A program made the position numbers and the translations under genes. A stretch of DNA of 32,000 bases from Patescibacteria group bacterium (GTDB lineage Bacteria > Patescibacteriota > UBA1384 > XYA2-FULL-43-10): the NCBI GenBank assembly GCA_041674405.1, contig JBAYVT010000005.1, positions 90,001-122,000 on the forward strand, given 5' to 3'. A model generated the notes under the pieces. The model was not told the origin of the DNA. It searched no databases and saw only the letters and a program-made list of their open reading frames with translations. The stretch's first letter is position 1. The number at the start of each line of letters is the position of its first letter. Shown here piece by piece: positions 1 through 9,381 of this stretch.

Positions 1-1516
1 ACAAAATCTTCACACGGCTCGTAATCGGAGGATGCAAAGACAACGGCAATCTGATAATATCTCTCAAAATTCCATCAATTCTATATCTGACGCGCAGATC
101 CTTTTGTTCTGGTTCAATATGAATGTCAGATGCGCGCTCAAACAAAGCGAAATTTATTAAAGCAGCAACTATCTTGGGTGCCGAAGAATTCTTGATATTG
201 CTTTTTAGGCCCTCGACATCAACAATATCTCCTTTAAGATAGGCCCCGATGTTTTTTTCGCTTTCTTCCACGCTTTCATCAGTTTTTGGATTTTTTTCAA
301 GCTCTTCCGTTGCAATTTCGCTGATATCAGTCTTTGATTCGAGATCAGGATTATCACTTGGCTGCTCACCATTTTGCCCTGCAGTCTTATCTTCAACGCC
401 ATCGCCAGTTTTTGATTCAGTCTTTGTGGGTGATTTTATATCTTCCGGGGCAGTAATATTGCCAACCGCAGCTGTTTCTCCGCCTGGCTGAGCCCCAAAT
501 GGGGCAACGATTGTCTCTTTTTCATCCCCACTCTCTTCGCTGTCAATTCTAATTACTGGCGTTACCTGAGAAACGGGCTCCTTTTTTCCAAGAAAAGAGC
601 CAAACAAGCTCGAAAGTGTAATAATTTCATCACCAGATGATTGCTTTTTTTCAATAACTTTTTCTTTGGTTTTTTCTTCTTCCACCTCTACTTTGACAGA
701 ATTTTCTTTTTTATTCTCAAGCTTTTTCTTGTATGCCTCGATCGCATAGTCGATATCTTCGCGAGAAGTGGCAAAAATTTGAAAATTAATTTTGTTAGCA
801 TTCTCCAAAGATTTGATGGCCTTGTGCAAAGCAGTATCATCTGGGTTCTCTGCTGCCAGAGCGAATGAATTATCCGTTTTTTTGTAAAAAACAACTACCC
901 GATACTGCTCAATAAATGAAAGCGGAAGCTTGCCCAGATATTCCGACCTTATGTCCTGATTTCGCAAAAAGACCGTCGGATAACTTCCGGTAGACAATAA
1001 ATCCTCAAACTTTCCCTTTTGGTCGTATTGTTTTAACGCCTCCAAAAAATCTGATTTTGCGGTTATATATAAATCTAAATTCAAATGCCTATCTTCGATA
1101 ATTTTTTGAAGGCCCTTGTTGAAATTTAGAGACAATTCCGTGGGATTGGCAACAGCAAGCTGCAATGATCCCTCCTTAAGCCCAAATGGGATCACAGAAA
1201 ATTTTTCTGCAACTGATTTCGGTATAATACCAAAAACATCGTGTGGAATTTCAAAATTCTTTAGGCTGACATATGGGATTTTCAAAAGAATACTATACGC
1301 TTTGTTTATGGTGTCCGAACTGACAATACGATTTTTCAAAAGAAAATTTTCCACATCTCTATTGGTTCGGTATTTTTTCTTGAGTTTGGTTGCGTCAGGT
1401 GCGGTTAGTAATCCCTGCATTACAAACACATCCAAAACAGACTGGGTAATAGAATTATAATCCAATCCATTCAAAAAATAAGAGTTTTTTGAAACTGTTT
1501 GTGACATTGTATTCAT
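1..1516 (-). CDS. pilB: Type IV pilus assembly / type II secretion ATPase PilB/GspE family, N-terminal portion (C-terminus runs off the left edge)
   Basis: Manual reverse-strand translation from ATG at 1516: MNTMSQTVSKNSYFLNGLDYNSITQSVLDVF... with MshEN-like N-terminal regions, then an acidic linker, then ...FERASDIHIEPEQKDLRVRYRIDGILRDIIRLPLSLHPPITSRVKI, a typical PilB/GspE start of ATPase domain. Not in the supplied ORF list, presumably because it has no stop inside the window. Confidence 0.9.
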   Translation of the reverse strand, partial: MNTMSQTVSKNSYFLNGLDYNSITQSVLDVFVMQGLLTAPDATKLKKKYRTNRDVENFLLKNRIVSSDTINKAYSILLKIPYVSLKNFEIPHDVFGIIPKSVAEKFSVIPFGLKEGSLQLAVANPTELSLNFNKGLQKIIEDRHLNLDLYITAKSDFLEALKQYDQKGKFEDLLSTGSYPTVFLRNQDIRSEYLGKLPLSFIEQYRVVVFYKKTDNSFALAAENPDDTALHKAIKSLENANKINFQIFATSREDIDYAIEAYKKKLENKKENSVKVEVEEEKTKEKVIEKKQSSGDEIITLSSLFGSFLGKKEPVSQVTPVIRIDSEESGDEKETIVAPFGAQPGGETAAVGNITAPEDIKSPTKTESKTGDGVEDKTAGQNGEQPSDNPDLESKTDISEIATEELEKNPKTDESVEESEKNIGAYLKGDIVDVEGLKSNIKNSSAPKIVAALINFALFERASDIHIEPEQKDLRVRYRIDGILRDIIRLPLSLHPPITSRVKIL

Positions 1517-1521
1517 TTCTC

Positions 1522-1776
1522 TTATTCCGGATTAGCAAATGGGTTTGCTTTGCCCATTTTTGTAGTTGGGTCAGGAAGCGGTATTCCGGCATTGTTCTCA
1601 CGACCCTGAACAAGCGTCTCAGCTTCATCCTTAACCCCGGAGATGTCAAGAGTAATATAAGATGCCGTATTTTGTACCGAGATGCTTGAATTATTTTTCC
1701 AGATCATGTAAAAACCAACGATAGCGATCGTGAGAAATATTAGGCTTAAAATTAAATTGAATGTTCTTTTCTTCAT
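1522..1776 (-). CDS. Small single-pass membrane protein in pilus operon, function unknown
   Basis: 84 aa ORF with N-terminal TM segment (MKKRTFNLILSLIFLTIAIVGFYMIWK); 4-nt overlap with the upstream pilO-like ORF and 5 nt before pilB, consistent with translational coupling. Confidence 0.75.
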   Translation of the reverse strand: MKKRTFNLILSLIFLTIAIVGFYMIWKNNSSISVQNTASYITLDISGVKDEAETLVQGRENNAGIPLPDPTTKMGKANPFANPE

Positions 1777-2345
1777 TGTGTCTCCCCCGCACTAACACTT
1801 CCTCTGGTATAAACCTCCAGGGTATAAGATGCCGATATGATATTTTCTTCCGGAGAAGTCATTGATAGCGCCTTTATGCGCATAAATTTAATGCTTTTTT
1901 CGATCGTGTCGGTAAATGCGCTTATGTTTTCAAAAGAACCGGAAACTGAAAAACTTACATTCAATAGATTTCCTGCTGTTACAGTTTCCGCCCCCTCGCC
2001 CTCTGTGGTGGAGATTGCAGGAGCAATGTCTATGGATGGAACAGCCAATGAATTTTTTGTAGCCATTGCCTCAATTTCAGAAATTAAATTCGGCTCATCA
2101 TTGTCGGATGGAACCGCGATCAAAAGCTCATTAATGGTATCCGATATAGAAGATAAGCTGCTCTTTGCCTCTTCGATCGAAGCAATTTCATTTTTTGCAT
2201 CCGAGACTTCTGCCGATAATTTCTCTGCTTCAGCCTTGTTGTTAGAATACGATGGAAGAATAATCTTCCACGATATCAAGAAAACAATAATTGTAAGAAT
2301 TACTGCGATTGAATTTGAAGCCATTTTGCTGTTTGTTTGTTTCAT
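1773..2345 (-). CDS. PilO-like type IV pilus assembly protein
   Basis: 190 aa, N-terminal TM helix, coiled coil, then PilO-like alpha/beta region (LLNVSFSVSGSFENISAFTDTIEKSIKFMRIKALSM); sits in pil operon. Confidence 0.75.
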   Translation of the reverse strand: MKQTNSKMASNSIAVILTIIVFLISWKIILPSYSNNKAEAEKLSAEVSDAKNEIASIEEAKSSLSSISDTINELLIAVPSDNDEPNLISEIEAMATKNSLAVPSIDIAPAISTTEGEGAETVTAGNLLNVSFSVSGSFENISAFTDTIEKSIKFMRIKALSMTSPEENIISASYTLEVYTRGSVSAGETQ

Positions 2346-2358
2346 GATAAATCCAATT

Positions 2359-3126
2359 TTATGGCGCTACTTCCGGAGTTATGTTTTCTGTGTTCACACT
2401 ATCTCCGTAACCATAGGTTGAGCTGCTATCAGTCCCGGAACTATCCGTTGTGACACTGCTTGATGTTGAAGCAGGTGTTGATTCGCTGGTTTCAGTTTCA
2501 GCATTTGATGACGTAGTAGTAGAAGAAGATGTGCTGCTCTCGGTTGTGACTTCCTTTGTCGTATCTAGCTTGAAGGAAACAGAAAATGTTACTTTTTCGT
2601 TTGGCGGCGCATCCTCTGCCGTCGACATGGAAACGCTCTTTAGCTGAAGATCAGAAACTTTGTCGTATGATTTAAGCGCAAGCATAAAATCTGCAACGGT
2701 GCGATATGATGCGGTAGCGCCATCTAGGCTAGCTGTTCCATCGGAAGTGAGAGCGATCGTTGAAATATGAACATCCTTCGTAAAATGCAAATACAAGTTA
2801 TCTAGAACCTTTTTCTTGCTTTCCTGCTGAGTGGAAACTTGAGATAGGATTGAAATTACATTTTTAAGTCCAGTAACGTCATTGATAACTTTTTGATTTT
2901 CCACTAAAGCTAGGGTTGCATCCGCGGATTTTTTTTCGCTTTGCTTTTCGGAAATTGTAGTCTTAAGCGATGCGTCCGAAAACCAGATAAAACCCAAAAA
3001 TAAAACCGCTACAACAAAAGATAACCAGACAATCAGAGACGAAAAATCCGTTTCTTTTCTGTCGGCAAATTCGACTATTTCTTTACCACTTTGGTTATCG
3101 TGTACACCCGGTTTTTCTTCCGGCAT
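2359..3126 (-). CDS. PilN-like membrane protein with long Ser/Thr-rich C-terminal tail
   Basis: 255 aa; short cytoplasmic N-terminus, one TM helix, coiled coil, PilN-like region (YLHFTKDVHISTIALTSDGTASLDGATASYRTVADFMLALKS); position directly upstream of pilO-like ORF. Confidence 0.65.
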   Translation of the reverse strand: MPEEKPGVHDNQSGKEIVEFADRKETDFSSLIVWLSFVVAVLFLGFIWFSDASLKTTISEKQSEKKSADATLALVENQKVINDVTGLKNVISILSQVSTQQESKKKVLDNLYLHFTKDVHISTIALTSDGTASLDGATASYRTVADFMLALKSYDKVSDLQLKSVSMSTAEDAPPNEKVTFSVSFKLDTTKEVTTESSTSSSTTTSSNAETETSESTPASTSSSVTTDSSGTDSSSTYGYGDSVNTENITPEVAP

Positions 3127-3229
3127 CTCCCCTCCGAGGGCAATGTTATATCATCAAAGATAATTGTAACACAACTTTCTGTCTATACAAATTTTATATC
3201 ACATAAAATCTCAATGCAATACCTAAAAG

Positions 3230-4402
3230 TTATCTTTCGGACGCAACCGGCATATTGAAATACCTGAATCCGGGCGGCCAATTGCCCGAAAGATTATAAT
3301 CATATGCAAATCTGATATTTACAATATTAATACCTCGGCCTGATGAATCCAAAACAATAAAGTCTCTCGCAACATACGAACCGTTCATCGTTACATTTTG
3401 AGTAAAACCAGTGGTGTTTTGAATTCTGATAGCTCCCAGGGCAAACATCGCAGCCGTTATTTTGCTGTTGCTATAAAGGCGAACATTTCCAGTGCCATTA
3501 ACAATGATTCCGAGCGAATTTGACGGATTCTGAGAATCCTCAGGACTAATATTCACTCCATCTTGGATAGTCAAAGTGCCATTAATAATGATTGTTCCAC
3601 GCCCGCTATATGTAATCGATTGACCAAGGTTAACATTGCCGTTTACAACCCATATTTTCCCTTCGGGATATTTTTCAGTGTTATTTCCGCCTACTCCCCC
3701 GGTGTAAAAAGAGCTGTAATCATCCGCCTGCAGATGCCAACGCAGACCCCCGGCCAAATCTGCCGGAGCATTTATCACTTCTGCTTCTCCCGCAAGATCA
3801 TTTATCCGATTTGTATATGAAGATCTCTGGCTTTCAGCATAGGATGCTTGCGCCTCAGAATTTAGCGTGTAATTTCGGATATTCCAACTGGCGTTTCTGT
3901 TTGAGTTTAAATTCAAATTTTTACCATACACTTGAAAATTATTCAGAACATCTGCACTACTATAGATATCTCCCTGGACAGATAACACTGGATAAAAAAG
4001 CGTCGAAATTTCAAGCCCCGTTGAACCTCCAATTTTTGTGCGACTAACCATATTCCGAATCGATGAATTTGCAGGATCAAGGCGATAGCAATATGGGTTG
4101 GTCGTGATTTTATCCCAACAATATGCCGCGCCCGGAGAGACTAACATCGATTGATTAAACCCGAGTAGATAATTCTGGTCAAAATTAATTACTGCTTCGT
4201 TGCCGTTCATTCCGGAATAATAAACTTGGCCACTATCTTTTGTGACTGTTAAATTTCCAACCAAAACTTGCGGAAGCTGATATGATTCAGCAAAAGCATT
4301 TGCCGGTATAAGCGCAAATACCACTAATAACGATAGAAACAAATATATTCTAACTAATCTGGTCATGATCGCTCTGTTAATTAGTATGTTCGAACCTGGC
4401 AA
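3230..4402 (-). CDS. Secreted/surface protein of unknown function, associated with pilus operon
   Basis: Signal peptide (MTRLVRIYLFLSLLVVFALIPANAFAES; this second Met at 4366 may be the true start) followed by repetitive beta-rich sequence (GRGTIIINGTLTIQDGVNI...LGIIVNGTGNVRLYSNSKITAAMFALGAIRIQ) resembling polymer-forming or beta-helical surface proteins. Confidence 0.75.
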   Translation of the reverse strand: MPGSNILINRAIMTRLVRIYLFLSLLVVFALIPANAFAESYQLPQVLVGNLTVTKDSGQVYYSGMNGNEAVINFDQNYLLGFNQSMLVSPGAAYCWDKITTNPYCYRLDPANSSIRNMVSRTKIGGSTGLEISTLFYPVLSVQGDIYSSADVLNNFQVYGKNLNLNSNRNASWNIRNYTLNSEAQASYAESQRSSYTNRINDLAGEAEVINAPADLAGGLRWHLQADDYSSFYTGGVGGNNTEKYPEGKIWVVNGNVNLGQSITYSGRGTIIINGTLTIQDGVNISPEDSQNPSNSLGIIVNGTGNVRLYSNSKITAAMFALGAIRIQNTTGFTQNVTMNGSYVARDFIVLDSSGRGINIVNIRFAYDYNLSGNWPPGFRYFNMPVASER

Positions 4403-6945
4403 TAATATGTGATTGGGGAAGTAAGTGGGTTCTGGCCATTATTCGCCCATTCTACAAAATCTCCAGAATTTGGGTCGGCGCTTGCAACAAATGTTCCGCC
4501 ATTTAAATAAGCATCAAACCCAAGGCTACTGCTCCCTGTTATATCCGACGGCTCGCATCTGTATCGGTAGGTATCACTTGGAATTCGCAAAAGTTCATCA
4601 TCTACCGTTGCAACGCCCGTCATATCGCCAATTTCAATGGACACTTGAATTACATCCCCTAGCTGCAGCGCATAGGGATTAAAAGCAGCCCCAGACCCCT
4701 GCCTATTTATCGGAACCAGTTTTTTGCGAATATTAAATTGCGGCCCACCTGTTACAACTATTAATCTGCCATCTTGCCCATCATAAACTTTATCCCCATC
4801 GCTATTATTGATTGACCAAGCCCCATTCTTGCTGCCCCTGGCTCCACTCACTCTCGAAGCTGTTCTAATAGCACTTGAATCAAGATTGGAGTTTGTATAT
4901 TGAATAAATATGTAACCCCCGCCTCCCCCAGACGATCCATCAATGTTATACAAAGGCACAGAAATCAAATTACGGTTGCCAGTGATTGGAATCTCTTGGG
5001 CAGATGCTGAAAATACTCCGGACAAACCAACGCCCACATTCAAAGTTGAGACCCTAATATTAATACTTCCCCCAGCTCCTCCGGCATAACCAGAGTCATT
5101 GTCATAAGGCTGCTGCATAGAACTGGTCCATCTTCCCTCAGCAAAAATTGCTCTTGAAGATTGAATGGCTAAAACTGATGAATTTATTTCTAATAAACCA
5201 CCACCGTCACCACCACCATTCCAGCTTCCAGTATATCCGCCCCCAGAACCAAGACTACTTGGATTATCAGCTGGTCCCCCGTATGTGTTATTTGGCCAAT
5301 CTGGCGGTTTGCGCCACGTATTACCTCCACAATTTAACCCACTATCACCGGCCCCACCTTCTCCTGCATGCGACCCAGCACTAGCAATTGCGGTACACCC
5401 ACCATTCATTGAAATACCTCCGCCTGGCGCTCCATCAAACGAAACGCTACCTCCCCTAAGGCGAGTTGAACCATAATTCGGTTGAGTCCCAACACCCCAA
5501 GCACCCGCATACCCAGATCCGGTTGCATCAATTTTTCCACCGCTTCGTATTAAAATTGTGTTGGCCACATTGAGATGTAGGCCCGCTGGATTGTTATTAT
5601 AATTATCCGCATATGCTTGATCCAACGCATTCCAATTAATAGTTCCCCCATCATAATGCGAGCCTAAAATATTGTAGCTTGGAATCGCGCCACCTTTGTC
5701 ATCCCAAGTACCAAGTGGATCGGCTACTGGGGTAGAGTTTTGCCCCCATCCTTGCCACTCAAATTTGAAGGTATCATCGTTGTGGTATGCATCCCATTTG
5801 CCATAAGACTCGCCGGTTCCTCCATTGGAACCAACAGGACTATCGAGCATTCTTAAATCTTGCCTTAAATTCATGTTACGCTTGTGTCCAGCCAGAACCG
5901 CATTAGAAAAGCCAGATCCCATATTAAGGTCATATTGTGGAATAGTCTTTTCGGTATAGGCAGAAATATAATAGTCGAAATCCATTCTTCTCACCAAAGA
6001 TGTATTTACAGTTCCATCTTCATTGGAGCCATAGAAATTACTCAGAGGCATAGCTACAGCAGCCACAGCAACGCCATATGGGGACGAGGGATTGAGCTCG
6101 ATATAATTCAACCAGAGTTGTGATGATCCACTGACTTCACCAAAATAAATTTTAACCGGCACATAAGTAGTGGACCCAGTTCCGGTCATTAAGGTTCTTG
6201 TGCACGCATCAAGGCCATAGTATCGATTCGCTGGTGATCCATTGCCAGCATTATCGCCATATATTGGCCAACTAGCCGATAATGAGTCACTATAAATAGT
6301 ATGCCAGTAAGTAGTATCAACTGTTGTAGCGGGTGCGCTACACGAAGCGTCGGTTCCGACTTCGATTGCCATCGCATCATCAAGTTTTCCTCCGGCCGCT
6401 TGAGGAAATATAAGATTTGTACCTGTTAATTTTATGAAACCTGTCCAAACCACTCCCCAATAATCAGATGAATATGTGGGGCGATTCAAATGCCCCGTTC
6501 TATCTGCATATGCTTGGGTTAATGTACCATTATTTGTAACTGTCAAGTTATTTAAATTTACCGATCCCTCTGCCATCAATGTTGCGAGTCCAGATGTACT
6601 GCCTACCGTAAGGTTTGTGTTTGAATCCACTGCAAAACCGGTATCAACATTGTAGAATGTGCTTAAAAATCGCTGGTCGAGCTGAGCATCATTCATTGCC
6701 GGCAAAAAAGGAGATTGGTATGTATAAATATGTCCGTCAGTTTTCAATAGGTACGAACCAGTTTGAATTGTAACGTCATTACCGGTTTGCACTATCGCTG
6801 CCCGCGTCTTGCTCGCGCCGTTCATCATATTGGTCACAATGGCAAGCCCAGAAAATATCACAAGCAAAATAAGCGCCACATACGTGAAAATTCGCCTGCG
6901 ATTTATACGATCAATTATCGAGATCTCTCTCATATCCCCTCGCAA
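4381..6945 (-). CDS. Large Gly-rich membrane-anchored extracellular protein
   Basis: 854 aa, N-terminal TM helix (RRIFTYVALILLVIFSGLAIVTNMM), multiple Gly-rich beta segments (GGAGGSINIRVS, GSSGGGGGYIFIQYT). Confidence 0.8.
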   Translation of the reverse strand: MRGDMREISIIDRINRRRIFTYVALILLVIFSGLAIVTNMMNGASKTRAAIVQTGNDVTIQTGSYLLKTDGHIYTYQSPFLPAMNDAQLDQRFLSTFYNVDTGFAVDSNTNLTVGSTSGLATLMAEGSVNLNNLTVTNNGTLTQAYADRTGHLNRPTYSSDYWGVVWTGFIKLTGTNLIFPQAAGGKLDDAMAIEVGTDASCSAPATTVDTTYWHTIYSDSLSASWPIYGDNAGNGSPANRYYGLDACTRTLMTGTGSTTYVPVKIYFGEVSGSSQLWLNYIELNPSSPYGVAVAAVAMPLSNFYGSNEDGTVNTSLVRRMDFDYYISAYTEKTIPQYDLNMGSGFSNAVLAGHKRNMNLRQDLRMLDSPVGSNGGTGESYGKWDAYHNDDTFKFEWQGWGQNSTPVADPLGTWDDKGGAIPSYNILGSHYDGGTINWNALDQAYADNYNNNPAGLHLNVANTILIRSGGKIDATGSGYAGAWGVGTQPNYGSTRLRGGSVSFDGAPGGGISMNGGCTAIASAGSHAGEGGAGDSGLNCGGNTWRKPPDWPNNTYGGPADNPSSLGSGGGYTGSWNGGGDGGGLLEINSSVLAIQSSRAIFAEGRWTSSMQQPYDNDSGYAGGAGGSINIRVSTLNVGVGLSGVFSASAQEIPITGNRNLISVPLYNIDGSSGGGGGYIFIQYTNSNLDSSAIRTASRVSGARGSKNGAWSINNSDGDKVYDGQDGRLIVVTGGPQFNIRKKLVPINRQGSGAAFNPYALQLGDVIQVSIEIGDMTGVATVDDELLRIPSDTYRYRCEPSDITGSSSLGFDAYLNGGTFVASADPNSGDFVEWANNGQNPLTSPITYYCQVRTY

Positions 6946-7000
6946 TAAATATATCTTATGAAATTTTGATTACAACGATATTATAAACACTACGGAAAAA

Positions 7001-7681
7001 CTATACAACTCTTTTTAATTTCTTCTTTGCCTGTTCTATTTGAATTATTGCCTTGACGATGTCCTCATACATTTTATATCGGCTTTTTATCCCGGCCCAG
7101 ATATCATCATTCTTTTCTTCCTTAATTACCTGGGTTAAACCGTGCAAAACCACAATCTCACGCCGCTCCTTTGGAACAGCCGCCGTAATCAATGCATCAA
7201 CGCCGAATCTGGAATGTTTAATTTTTGCAAGTGGAGGCAAATTCTTCCGCCAAATCACACGTTGGCCGGAGATTGCAGGAAATGCCCTATTGGCGATTTT
7301 TGTGGTTGTAAGCTTATCAATATTGAATACACCAAGCGAAAGATCAGCCGTTTTCATAAATGCCACCGGTCCCAAAAGCTCCAAAATATGCCCCTCTGTT
7401 AAACCAATCAAGTCGGCATCCAAAAACAACAAAAGCGGATGGTGCGAATGTTTAATGCCATTATATAAAGCCATTCCCTTGCCGCCATTTTGTTTGTTTT
7501 TAAGAAGGCGTACATTTGAATATTTTTTAACAATTTCGCATGTTTTATCCTTTGAGCAATCATCCACAACAATTTTTTCATCAATAAAATCAAGCGGAGC
7601 GACTACGTCGAGAACTTTGCGAATATTTTTTGCTTCGTTGTATGCACAGATAATCAGTGAAATTTTTTGTTCAAATTTCAT
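7001..7681 (-). CDS. Family 2 glycosyltransferase
   Basis: 226 aa; ISLIICAYNEAKNIRKVLDVV...EKIVVDDCSKDKT...NGGKGMALYNGI...LLFLDADL are GT2 motifs. Confidence 0.9.
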   Translation of the reverse strand: MKFEQKISLIICAYNEAKNIRKVLDVVAPLDFIDEKIVVDDCSKDKTCEIVKKYSNVRLLKNKQNGGKGMALYNGIKHSHHPLLLFLDADLIGLTEGHILELLGPVAFMKTADLSLGVFNIDKLTTTKIANRAFPAISGQRVIWRKNLPPLAKIKHSRFGVDALITAAVPKERREIVVLHGLTQVIKEEKNDDIWAGIKSRYKMYEDIVKAIIQIEQAKKKLKRVV

Positions 7682-7740
7682 CGCAGACTAATTATACCAA
7701 ACTATAAAATAAAAATCAGTTTTTGTCGTATAAACGCAGC

Positions 7741-7794
7741 AACTCCCACAGACTGGCTGCGGGAGTTGGAGATCTGCCGTTCCCCGGAGGGAAC
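7741..7794 (-). terminator. Two GC-rich hairpins downstream of lipoprotein ORF 7796..8350
   Basis: gttccc/gggaac (7779-7794) and aactcccacag/ctgcgggagtt (7741-7767, one mismatch); no clear T tract. Confidence 0.5.
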
Positions 7795-7795
7795 A

Positions 7796-8350
7796 TTACG
7801 GCGCGTAGCTGGGGGGAGTGAGATGGCCAGCAATGGTCGTCCCGTTGTTCGTAGTGACGATGTCACCCTCCGCGGCGAAGTTGGCGGCGAGGCACGCCGC
7901 CGCGCCGTCTACCGAGATGTGGTTGCCGTCCATGGCGACCACCTCCATCCACCAGGAGCCCTCCTCGTACTGCATCAGAAGATAGGGCTGGGTGCCCTGG
8001 CCCAGGTCCAGACTCCGAAGAGCCAGAGACAGGATCTCCTGGCTAGGCCGGATAGGGACCGACCCGACCTCGACATCGGCAGTGTTGTAGACCTTGATCT
8101 GGCCGTTGCCGGTCCCGTCGCGGGACATGGTCAAGTACGTGATGCCATCGCCGCTGTCGAGGCGAGCGATGTTGCCCAAGCCGTCTGTGGCCCACTTCAC
8201 ACCCGCCGTCGGGAAGGCCGGGTCCACGCTTCCGCCTCCGCCACCACCACAACCAGTCGAGATGAGGATCGCCACCAACATGGCGACCAGTCCGACCAAC
8301 AACATCCATTTGCGCATGTTCATCACCTGTTCCAGGAGTTCGTACACCAT
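7796..8350 (-). CDS. Small lipoprotein of unknown function in GC-rich island
   Basis: Type II signal peptide (MNMRKWMLLVGLVAMLVAILISTGCGGGGGGSVDP). True start is likely the internal Met at 8323 or 8317. Composition strongly differs from neighbours. Confidence 0.75.
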   Translation of the reverse strand: MVYELLEQVMNMRKWMLLVGLVAMLVAILISTGCGGGGGGSVDPAFPTAGVKWATDGLGNIARLDSGDGITYLTMSRDGTGNGQIKVYNTADVEVGSVPIRPSQEILSLALRSLDLGQGTQPYLLMQYEEGSWWMEVVAMDGNHISVDGAAACLAANFAAEGDIVTTNNGTTIAGHLTPPSYAP

Positions 8351-8378
8351 GTGGCGGCATACGTATTACAGCGCCATC

Positions 8379-8407
8379 AAACTAGCATATATTCAGCAAT
8401 TTGTCAA
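8379..8407 (-). promoter_or_regulatory. Sigma70-like promoter of GC-rich lipoprotein cassette 1
   Basis: Minus strand TTGACA (8407-8402), 17-nt spacer, TAGTTT (8384-8379) preceded by TGC (extended -10). Confidence 0.5.
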
Positions 8408-8470
8408 TAATAGATAATTATTTTCTGCCGTTATGCTACCGGCCACAAAAAATTCTTCAGCCAAGCCAAT

Positions 8471-8506
8471 CAAAAAATTTCCAACCATCTGGCTGGAAAT
8501 TTTTTG
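8471..8506. terminator. AT-rich bidirectional hairpin
   Basis: caaaaaatttcca / tggaaattttttg perfect 13-bp outer stem, T/A tracts on both strands. Confidence 0.65.
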
Positions 8507-8586
8507 TCAGACTTGCATACCTTTGTATATCCGAAACACAATGGATAAGCATTGTGAAGTTGTTTTTAAAGCTACTTTATCCTAAT

Positions 8587-8617
8587 AAAAATAATCAGCT
8601 CTAAACTGATTATTTTT
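8587..8617. terminator. Hairpin terminator downstream of rdgB
   Basis: aaaaataatcag ctctaaa ctgattattttt. Confidence 0.7.
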
Positions 8618-8685
8618 TGCAGAAAACATTGGAAGATACTGGAGATTGTCTAGCGGTAAAACATTTTTAACGACAATACGGTACT

Positions 8686-9303
8686 TTAAAGACTAAAGTA
8701 CTTGTCAAGTTCCTTGATCGCTGACCTAAAAGCTTTTCCCCTATGATTTATTTCTATTAAATCATTTGGGTCGAACTCAGCATTTGTTTTTTTATAATTA
8801 GCATTTTTTGATAAAAATATGGGTGCGTATCCAAAACTTTTTGTTCCTTTTGGCTCGAGTGCGATGCGACCATCCCACCTTCCTTCGGTTGTCTTAACAA
8901 ATTTGGTTGAAGGATCATATATAGCAACATTGCAGTTATAATGACAACCCCGCATACTCATCGGAATCTCATTCATCTTTGACAGAACTTTTCTGTTATT
9001 TGCCTCGTCTGTTCCTTCTTCCGAATAACGGGACGAGCATATTCCCGGTTCTCCACCAAGAGCATCAATGCAAATTCCACTATCATCAGCAAGCGTAGTC
9101 ATTTGCAAATTGTCGCCAATTACAATTGCTTTAATTAGCGCATTTCCTTCAAAACTTTCTGCATTTTCCTGAACCTTAAGATCAGCAATCTTGTCTTTAT
9201 AATCATAAAGGAATTTCAAGTCATAATTTGAGTTCTTAAAAATCTCCCGAATTTCCCTTGCCTTACCTTGATTCGCAGTGGCGATTAAAATTGTTTTTTT
9301 CAT
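8686..9303 (-). CDS. rdgB: Non-canonical purine NTP pyrophosphatase, RdgB/HAM1 family
   Basis: 205 aa; ILIATANQGKAREIREIF, LADDSGICIDALGGEPGICSSRYS, SFGYAPIF, ...NHRGKAFR family motifs. Confidence 0.92.
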   Translation of the reverse strand: MKKTILIATANQGKAREIREIFKNSNYDLKFLYDYKDKIADLKVQENAESFEGNALIKAIVIGDNLQMTTLADDSGICIDALGGEPGICSSRYSEEGTDEANNRKVLSKMNEIPMSMRGCHYNCNVAIYDPSTKFVKTTEGRWDGRIALEPKGTKSFGYAPIFLSKNANYKKTNAEFDPNDLIEINHRGKAFRSAIKELDKYFSL

Positions 9304-9381
9304 AAATTATTATTTAGGATATTGTTGGCTAATATAGTATCAGAAACACAAGTTCAATTCCAGCCATTTTTTAATGACAAA

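Noticed and set aside
1837-2421. 194 aa plus-strand ORF opposite the pilO-like gene
   Set aside because: Shadow ORF; the minus-strand pilO-like reading frame fits the operon and has TM plus coiled-coil architecture.
8043-8360. 105 aa minus-strand ORF overlapping the lipoprotein in another frame
   Set aside because: Low-complexity Arg/Gly/Trp-rich translation (GRTGRHVGGDPHLDWLWWWRRRKRG) typical of an out-of-frame reading of GC-rich DNA.
7667-8410. 247 aa plus-strand ORF opposite the GC-rich lipoprotein
   Set aside because: Arg/Val/His-rich shadow ORF caused by high GC; no start context or recognisable domain, whereas the minus strand has a promoter, signal peptide and terminal hairpins.
8640-8700. 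tRNA-like start ggagattgtctagcggtaaaac
   Set aside because: Resembles a tRNA D-arm region but no matching acceptor 3' strand, anticodon arm or T arm follows.
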